A stretch of 39,683 bases of DNA, taken from contig SKFY01000039.1 in NCBI GenBank assembly GCA_007117755.1, forward strand, positions 1 to 39,683, given 5' to 3'. Under the pieces are notes generated by a model that worked only from the letters and a program-made list of their open reading frames with translations, had not been told where the DNA came from and did not search any database. This document shows, piece after piece, positions 34,105 through 39,683 of the stretch. The stretch comes from Candidatus Woesearchaeota archaeon (GTDB lineage Archaea > Nanobdellota > Nanobdellia > Woesearchaeales > 21-14-0-10-32-9). Positions within the stretch are counted from its first letter, which is position 1, and each line of letters starts with the position of its first letter. Made by a program: the position numbers and the translations under genes.

Positions 34105-34415
34105 AACAAGGAGAAATATACTTGGTTAACTTAGATCCTGTAGTTGGAAGTGAGCAGGCTAAAACAAGACCTTGTGTTATTATATCCACCGATATCGTAA
34201 ATGATTTTTCGAATACTTTAACTATAGCCCCATTATCTTCTAAAATTAGAGACAAGCCTTTTCCTTTTCACATTAAACTAGATAAAAAAGGTTTGATAAA
34301 AGTAGAGCAGCTTAGAACGATTGATAAGAAAAGAATTGTGAAGCGAGTTGGTAATGTAGATTTTGAAACTAAAAATAAAATCAAGAAAGCTTTAGCGCTT
34401 TATTTTGATTTATAA
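34101..34415 (+). CDS. mazF: MazF/PemK-family toxin (endoribonuclease)
   Basis: GEIYLVNLDPVVGSEQAKTRPCVIIS is the classic PemK/MazF N-terminal block. I prefer the TTG start at 34101, which has GAGGT 6 nt upstream and a TTGA overlap. The track start is the GTG at 34077. Confidence 0.8.
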   Translation: MKQGEIYLVNLDPVVGSEQAKTRPCVIISTDIVNDFSNTLTIAPLSSKIRDKPFPFHIKLDKKGLIKVEQLRTIDKKRIVKRVGNVDFETKNKIKKALALYFDL

Positions 34416-34501
34416 CTAGTCCTTATTTCTTGGATGATTAGAAGTTATATTTTCAAAACACATTTATTTTCCATATTGTAAATAATTATTGTTTCCGAGA
34501 A

Positions 34502-34509
34502 TTTATAAA
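34502..34509 (+). promoter_or_regulatory. TATA box of the DSHCT helicase gene
   Basis: TTTATAAA lies 25 nt upstream of the ATG at 34535. Confidence 0.45.
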
Positions 34510-34534
34510 TAAAAGACACACACCTAAAACCATT

Positions 34535-36475
34535 ATGAAAGAATTCAGAGGATTAAAACTAGACAGATTCCAAAAAGAAGCAATAAAAAGCATAGAAAAC
34601 AACCACAGCGTAGTCGTAAGCGCCGCGACAGGAACAGGAAAAACACTCATCGCAGACTATGTTATTGACAAATACATAAAACAAGGTAAACAAATAGTCT
34701 ACACAGCACCCATCAAAGCATTATCCAATCAAAAATATTCCGACTTCAAAAAACAATACGGAGAAGAAAAAGTAGGTATATTAACAGGAGACGTCACTAT
34801 AAATTCAGAAGCACCACTCCGAATTATGACAACAGAAATTTACAGAAACATGTTACTAGCCAAAGACCCAGCTATTAAAGACGTAGCATACACAATTTTT
34901 GACGAAATACATTACCTCGGAGACATAGAAAGAGGCACAGTCTGGGAAGAAAGCCTTATTTTTAGCGACGACCACATACGTTTTCTTTGTTTAAGCGCAA
35001 CCATCCCTAACGCTAAACAATTAGCTAATTGGATAAGCCACATTAAAAATCACGAAGTAGACGTAGTTCTTGAAAAAAAGAGAGCAGTACCTCTAGAAAA
35101 TCATTTTTACGACATAGAATACGGCTTTAAATCCATAGAAGAACTGAAGAAACTTAAAAAAAGTGATAAGAGAGGTATGAGACACGTCGCTAGACACGAT
35201 AAAAAAAGGATGATAAAAAACCTTCAAAACCTAAAAAATAACGCTCATTTAGACTTGGTAAGTGATTTGAAAAAACAAAATAAGTTACCAAGCATTTATT
35301 TCTGTTTCTCAAGAGAACAAACTATGAGGAAAGCAAATAGCTTAACTGTTAAAAATGATTTTTTAAACAATGAAGAAAGCATTAAAGTTAAAAGTATCGT
35401 AAGAGAAAAATTAGGAAACGCAGATAAATCCGTACTAGACCTGGAAACAACAAAAAACCTTAGATTATGCTTATCAAAAGGAGTTGCATTCCACCACGCA
35501 GGACTATTACCCATTTTAAAAGAGATAGTGGAGATCTTATTTTCCCAAGGATTAGTTAAGTGCATGTTCGCAACAGAGACCTTCGCAGTAGGAATTAATA
35601 TGCCCGCCAAAACCGTTTGTTTCGATTCCCTAGAGAAGTACGACGGCATAAATTTCAGATATTTACAAAGTAAAGAATTTTTCCAATTAGCAGGAAGAGC
35701 AGGAAGAAGAGGTATAGATGACAAAGGCTACGTAATATCCGTTTTAGAAAAGAACATGACAGATCTTGATAAAGTAGATTACATAACTAGTGAAGATCGC
35801 GATCCTTTAAAAAGCCAATTCAGACTTTCTTACAACACAATTCTTAATCTTATACATAGACATACACCAAAAGAACAAGAAACGATTCTCATGAGTAATT
35901 TTTATGCTTACCAACAAACAGGAAGAAAAAGCGCGAAGAGAATAATGAGTAGTTTCGCCAATAAAAAAAAGAAGCTTAAGAAAGAAAATTATATCCTAGA
36001 AAAACAAAACAAAGAGGAATTAACCGATAAAGGCTTATTCGGCATGAAAATATATACTGAAGAGTTATTAGTTAGTGAGATTTTCTGCAGTAAAGAAAAA
36101 TATTCACCTGAAGAAATACTAGTGATCATAGGCAGTATTGTTTATGAAGAGAAAAAAAATACGAAATTCGAAATAAAACAAAGACATATATCAGACAATG
36201 TTATGAGGAAGTTGAATAGTAGAGCAAGAAATTATTTTAAAAACACGCCTTTATTCGTATTAGAACATTTCTTAATAAAATGGTATAAAGGCTGTGATTT
36301 TTCAGATTTGCTAGAACTCACAACTATGCCAGAAGGAGATATTGTTCGTTTCATAAGACAAATACTTGATTTGTTACAGCAGATCTGGAGAGCTAGTGAC
36401 GATGAAGATTTGAAACACAAAATTGATTTTATCAAAGATAAGATAGACCGAGACGTTATAAGCGTTAGGTTTTAA
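34535..36475 (+). CDS. Ski2/Mtr4/HelY-like DExH helicase with a DSHCT-type C-terminal domain, compact form
   Basis: AATGTGKT, DEIH, SAT, HHAGLLP and QLAGRAGRRG motifs. The C-terminus has LTDKG..ELLVSEI..SPEEILVIIGSIVYEE and WYKGCDFSDLLELTTMPEGDIVRFIRQILDLLQQI...RDVI, which matches the DSHCT pattern. Confidence 0.8.
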   Translation: MKEFRGLKLDRFQKEAIKSIENNHSVVVSAATGTGKTLIADYVIDKYIKQGKQIVYTAPIKALSNQKYSDFKKQYGEEKVGILTGDVTINSEAPLRIMTTEIYRNMLLAKDPAIKDVAYTIFDEIHYLGDIERGTVWEESLIFSDDHIRFLCLSATIPNAKQLANWISHIKNHEVDVVLEKKRAVPLENHFYDIEYGFKSIEELKKLKKSDKRGMRHVARHDKKRMIKNLQNLKNNAHLDLVSDLKKQNKLPSIYFCFSREQTMRKANSLTVKNDFLNNEESIKVKSIVREKLGNADKSVLDLETTKNLRLCLSKGVAFHHAGLLPILKEIVEILFSQGLVKCMFATETFAVGINMPAKTVCFDSLEKYDGINFRYLQSKEFFQLAGRAGRRGIDDKGYVISVLEKNMTDLDKVDYITSEDRDPLKSQFRLSYNTILNLIHRHTPKEQETILMSNFYAYQQTGRKSAKRIMSSFANKKKKLKKENYILEKQNKEELTDKGLFGMKIYTEELLVSEIFCSKEKYSPEEILVIIGSIVYEEKKNTKFEIKQRHISDNVMRKLNSRARNYFKNTPLFVLEHFLIKWYKGCDFSDLLELTTMPEGDIVRFIRQILDLLQQIWRASDDEDLKHKIDFIKDKIDRDVISVRF

Positions 36476-36514
36476 GACATAATTATTTAAATCAGATAAG
36501 ACTTCTTTTTAAGC

Positions 36515-36934
36515 ATGAAATACTTCGTAATCACAATCTTAATAGGTGTTTTAATAATAATTGGTTTTTACTCCAATGGCATAACAGGAGCTGTTACTTA
36601 TAAAGAACCCGTACATGAACATATAAGCCTGGAAGAATTTGAAAAATTATTAGAACAAGACAAAGACGTCGTATTGCTAGATATTAGAACCTTGGAAGAA
36701 TATTCTAACGGTATAATAAAAGGAGCAGAGAATATAGATTTTTATAGTACTCAATTTAGACAAAACCTGAATTTCTTGGATAAAACTAAAACCTACCTTA
36801 TTTATTGTAGAACAGGAAGCAGAACTTCAGAAGCCATAAATATTATGGAAAACCTCGGATTTATTGAAGTTTACGGCTTAGAAGGAGGAATACTAAACTG
36901 GGCCAGTCAAGGAAAAACCATAACCACACCTTAA
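36515..36934 (+). CDS. Membrane-anchored rhodanese-domain protein
   Basis: An N-terminal TM segment, then a rhodanese fold with the active-site loop YCRTGSRT. Confidence 0.75.
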   Translation: MKYFVITILIGVLIIIGFYSNGITGAVTYKEPVHEHISLEEFEKLLEQDKDVVLLDIRTLEEYSNGIIKGAENIDFYSTQFRQNLNFLDKTKTYLIYCRTGSRTSEAINIMENLGFIEVYGLEGGILNWASQGKTITTP

Positions 36935-36952
36935 AAAAAAAAGCTTTTTTTT
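36933..36952. terminator. Bidirectional A10-GC-T8 terminator between convergent genes
   Basis: AAAAAAAAAAGCTTTTTTTT reads as an oligo-T run on both strands and can fold as an A/T hairpin. Confidence 0.4.
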
Positions 36953-37014
36953 AGAAAAAGATAAAATAAGAAAAAAAAATAAATAAATTAATTAATTTTG
37001 GTTAAGCAATAGTT

Positions 37015-37278
37015 TTAGATTATGTCTTCTTCAGCGACTACTAAGAAATCACCCATGGCAATAACCGCACTGAAAGGTATTAGTAAATCCCCTGTTTTAG
37101 ACTTTTCCAATTCTAATTTTTTAGAGTAAGAAGTAGGATTTCCTAGTATTATATGTATTAACTCGCCAGAATTAGTCTCAAATACCAAATCCCCAACGTC
37201 TCCAAAAGTCTTACCAGTTTTAGAAACTACTGTCTTTCCTATTAATTGTTTTGAATATTTTTTTTCTTCATCAGCCAT
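37015..37278 (-). CDS. PRC-barrel domain protein
   Basis: 87 aa. LIGKTVVSKTGKTFGDVGDLVFETNSGELIHII is a typical PRC-barrel pattern. GAGGGG lies ~10 nt upstream. Confidence 0.65.
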   Translation of the reverse strand: MADEEKKYSKQLIGKTVVSKTGKTFGDVGDLVFETNSGELIHIILGNPTSYSKKLELEKSKTGDLLIPFSAVIAMGDFLVVAEEDII

Positions 37279-37348
37279 TATAATAACCCCTCGAATATTA
37301 AATTAATAGTAGGAATTAGTATGCTTTAATATATAAAGATTTTGTTTT

Positions 37349-37367
37349 AAAAAAAAGAAAAAAAAAA
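37349..37367 (-). terminator. Oligo-T terminator after the acidic lipoprotein gene
   Basis: On the minus strand a T10-C-T8 run begins 7 nt after the stop codon. Confidence 0.45.
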
Positions 37368-37374
37368 GGAGTTT

Positions 37375-38052
37375 TTAACTCCAACCACTTATGAAAAGCT
37401 CATGTACATCAGGACACGCTGTTTCCAAACCATTTACAACGTCTGATAAAACCTCAGGGTTTTGAGCTGGGATCATTTCAGCTTCAGCCATATTTGCGAA
37501 TCCGTAAGTTCTTGCCATTTCATCCGCTTCAGCTCCTTCAAGAATGCTTATTCCCGGGTCGCAAGTCATGTGTACGTTCATCTGAACATACCTGTCATAA
37601 GCAGATGCTGTAAGATCTATCTCTGCAGGAGTATAATCTCCTAAATCAATTGTTTCTGTCATGCCTTCGCCCATACCTGTTACCCAGTCAATGTATTCAG
37701 GACAATTTTCCGTTAATAACTCCAAGTATTCTTCAGAATCTTGAATGCCTTGGTATTTTTCTCCTTCTAACTCTGCTTCTCGCATATTAGCATAACCATA
37801 CCTTTGTGCGAATGCATCTAATTCATGATCCTCCATGAACGCCATGTCTTCTTCACCATAAACTAGACATGTTAAATCGGCTGAGAATCTTAGATAATTA
37901 TCGCGGTCTGACGAAGCGACAGTCTCTGTCTCGACAGGTTCGTAATCTTCTAAAACTTCCTCTCCTTGTAATTCTTGATCTGATACTTCACTTGCGCAAC
38001 CAGTAACTATTAGCATTACTAATGCGATTAATAAATAATTTCTAACTTTCAT
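37375..38052 (-). CDS. Ultra-acidic lipobox protein with an internal two-fold repeat; unknown family
   Basis: The start is the ATG at 38052 with GAGGTG 6 nt upstream. The signal peptide ends in IVTGC. Two roughly 80-aa repeats each carry ..TC.., YG(Y/F)ANM.EAE and ..CP(E/D).. Only 2 Lys in 225 aa. Confidence 0.65.
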   Translation of the reverse strand: MKVRNYLLIALVMLIVTGCASEVSDQELQGEEVLEDYEPVETETVASSDRDNYLRFSADLTCLVYGEEDMAFMEDHELDAFAQRYGYANMREAELEGEKYQGIQDSEEYLELLTENCPEYIDWVTGMGEGMTETIDLGDYTPAEIDLTASAYDRYVQMNVHMTCDPGISILEGAEADEMARTYGFANMAEAEMIPAQNPEVLSDVVNGLETACPDVHELFISGWS

Positions 38053-39683
38053 TATTAACACCTCTGCTTCTTTTCAAATACTCTCTTCCTGCAAAGAAAA
38101 CAACTCCTAAGATCACCAGGATTATTATCGTCCAAAGCAACCAATTAGAACTTCTTTCTTCTTCCTCTAACTCTTCTGTTTCATCAACAATTTCTTCCTC
38201 TTCCACTACTTCTATTATGAAAAGTTCAACTTTTTCATCAAATATATTAACGATTTCTATTAATACATCGTTGTTTCCATCATTGTTAATATCTAATTTC
38301 CAAGTATCTCCTTTAGCTAATGTCTTATTTTGAGGGTTTAAAGCCAAAGTTACTGTAGCGTTTTCTTCACTAATATTTTGAATAGTTATGGAATAATTTT
38401 GACCGCTTAGATTAATAATTAATTCTTGTTCTTTTGTTAAATTTATAAAAACACCTTCTTTTAAATCATCCAATATAATTTGTTGATACTTTACTAAATC
38501 ATCTTCTTCCTCAACTTGTCGTGATCTTCTTCTACTGAGTGGAAGTAAGGTTTCTTCTTCCTCCACTTCAGGCTCTACATAAATCAACCAGACATATTCA
38601 TCAATATTTTCCTGCCATGCTAATAGAGGATAACCATTATTTAATTCCAAATTTATTGAAGTTATATTCCATTCTGGCAGGTATGAATTAATGTTTTTCA
38701 TTTCTTCTGTTGTGAGTCCTATTCCATCACCACTAGAAGCATGCCCTGAATCATCTATATCCCAATAACTATTTTCAACCTGACCAGTTATTCCACTTAT
38801 TCCTGAAAACCCTCCGCTATTTGTTCCCGTGGCATTGGAGTTCGTCCAACTGTTATTAATTCTGGCTGGAGAGTCACCTATTCCTCCTATAAATCCTCCT
38901 GCTTGCTCATTATTTGCATGTACTTTAACATCTATAGAATAACTATTTCTTATTTCTCCTACAATAGCTGAAAGAGTAGTCATACTTCCAATTACTCCTC
39001 CAACCCTGTACTCTCCTGTTACTTCCCCTCCAATTACTCCAACTTCTTGAACCAAACCATTCCTTCTTATAGAGCCAGATATTGTTCCTACTCTTTCATC
39101 TCCTGTTATGTTAGGTTGTATTAAAATAAAAGAGTTAACTCCCGCGCCTGTACTATCTGTTATATCTCCAAATAGTCCAACAGCTGTTTGGGAAGGTCTG
39201 TTTATGTATAGATAGCTGATGGTTTTGTTATTTCCTGAAAATTCGCCTGTATAAGCATTATTTAATTCTCCTATTGGCTCAAATCCAGCTCCTTCATTCC
39301 AGTTCTGAGTGTAACTGGCATTAATATCATTGATTAAAACATAATCAGCTGATAAGTCATCCTGCATACACTGCAAGTCATGAACGTTGCTTATTTCATA
39401 CGGCTCGCTATGTCCGCTCCACCAATTATTACAATCTGGTGAGTTCGAAAAGTTTTCCACATGTAAAGTTCTTAATTCGGTAAAATTTTCAGTACCAAAA
39501 CTATCGTTCACATAAGCATAATATTCATAAGTTCCAATTGAAAGGTTTTCTTTATTTACTAAGAATTGCCATCTATCCAAATCTATCTTTTTTAGGTTTG
39601 AAACATAAACTTTTTGAATTTCCTCCTCAGCTAGAGCTCTGTTCCAAATACGCAGTTCATCTACACTTCCATCCGATAAAGGA
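38042..39683 (-). CDS. Large surface protein (LamG-like end, GLUG-like repeats, beta-sandwich, acidic stalk, C-terminal TM anchor); 5' end outside the window
   Basis: The frame stays open to the right edge. Upstream of the track start it reads ..SVDELRIWNRALAEEEIQKVY, a LamG/concanavalin-like signature. Repeated VGLFG/VGGVIG/GGFIGG motifs (GLUG-like) and YWDIDDSGHASSGDGIGLTTEEMK follow. The C-terminus has an E-rich stalk, the TM WLLWTIIILVILGVVFFAG and a basic tail. Confidence 0.65.
   Translation of the reverse strand, partial: PLSDGSVDELRIWNRALAEEEIQKVYVSNLKKIDLDRWQFLVNKENLSIGTYEYYAYVNDSFGTENFTELRTLHVENFSNSPDCNNWWSGHSEPYEISNVHDLQCMQDDLSADYVLINDINASYTQNWNEGAGFEPIGELNNAYTGEFSGNNKTISYLYINRPSQTAVGLFGDITDSTGAGVNSFILIQPNITGDERVGTISGSIRRNGLVQEVGVIGGEVTGEYRVGGVIGSMTTLSAIVGEIRNSYSIDVKVHANNEQAGGFIGGIGDSPARINNSWTNSNATGTNSGGFSGISGITGQVENSYWDIDDSGHASSGDGIGLTTEEMKNINSYLPEWNITSINLELNNGYPLLAWQENIDEYVWLIYVEPEVEEEETLLPLSRRRSRQVEEEDDLVKYQQIILDDLKEGVFINLTKEQELIINLSGQNYSITIQNISEENATVTLALNPQNKTLAKGDTWKLDINNDGNNDVLIEIVNIFDEKVELFIIEVVEEEEIVDETEELEEEERSSNWLLWTIIILVILGVVFFAGREYLKRSRGVNNES

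Noticed and set aside
34416-34534. Longest intergenic region (119 nt) as a possible C/D-box or other small RNA
   Set aside because: Only an imperfect C-box-like GGATGA is present, with no CTGA D box and no terminal stem. The region is adequately explained as the helicase promoter plus the spacer after mazF.
35296-35724. 142-aa antisense ORF inside the DSHCT helicase gene, plus the 67-aa ORF at 36232-36435
   Set aside because: Same shadow-ORF explanation. The sense frame carries canonical helicase motifs across this region.
1-39683. CRISPR arrays, rRNA genes, IS elements/transposases, integrases and prophage structural genes
   Set aside because: On visual scanning I found no regularly spaced direct repeats, rRNA-like conserved stretches, DDE/tyrosine-recombinase-like ORFs or terminal inverted repeats. 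A computational repeat search would be needed to exclude short or degenerate repeats.

Overview
This window is an AT-rich, very compact archaeal chromosome segment. I call about 50 protein genes and 4 tRNAs, and see no rRNA, CRISPR array, transposase or integrase. The archaeal assignment rests on GatE, aEF-1beta, Topo VI A/B, RFC small subunit, Trm1, NMD3, RIO kinase plus a KH protein, Sec11-type signal peptidase, an intron-containing tRNA, and TATA-box promoters. Gene packing is extreme, with ATGA start/stop overlaps, convergent 3' overlaps and a tRNA 1 nt from a start codon. That fits a reduced-genome (DPANN-like) archaeon, but this is inference only. From left to right the blocks are: (1) a RelE-like toxin, gatE, a PHP phosphoesterase, tRNA-Arg(intron), NMD3, signal peptidase and tRNA-Pro. 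(2) A GTPase/DUF2073-like/Zn-ribbon triad, trm1, aEF-1beta with a small Zn-ribbon gene, and tRNA-Ile. (3) gdh, tdk, an N-terminally truncated Hel308-like helicase, truD, tRNA-Phe, an OB-fold protein and an rpe-tktN-tktC operon. (4) A six-gene glycosylation cluster holding a processive GT2 flanked by two paralogous membrane proteins, a Dpm1-like GT2, a GT-C and GtrA. (5) glyS, RIO kinase, a KH protein and top6B/top6A. (6) The most interesting region, 26151-32232. It has five co-directional genes that I cannot assign to any family and that all look exported: one with a pilin-like N-terminus, one with 5 TM helices plus an ectodomain, and three paralogous lipobox proteins. They share a Cys-pair beta-rich module and are very Lys-poor. 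I propose a previously undescribed cell-surface assembly. (7) rfcS, an orphan gene, a mazF-type TA pair, a compact DSHCT-type Ski2 helicase, a rhodanese and a PRC-barrel protein. (8) A second surface locus with an ultra-acidic repeat lipoprotein and a large LamG/GLUG-like protein that has a C-terminal TM anchor and runs off the right edge. All family assignments come from motif recognition by eye, and no database search was run.
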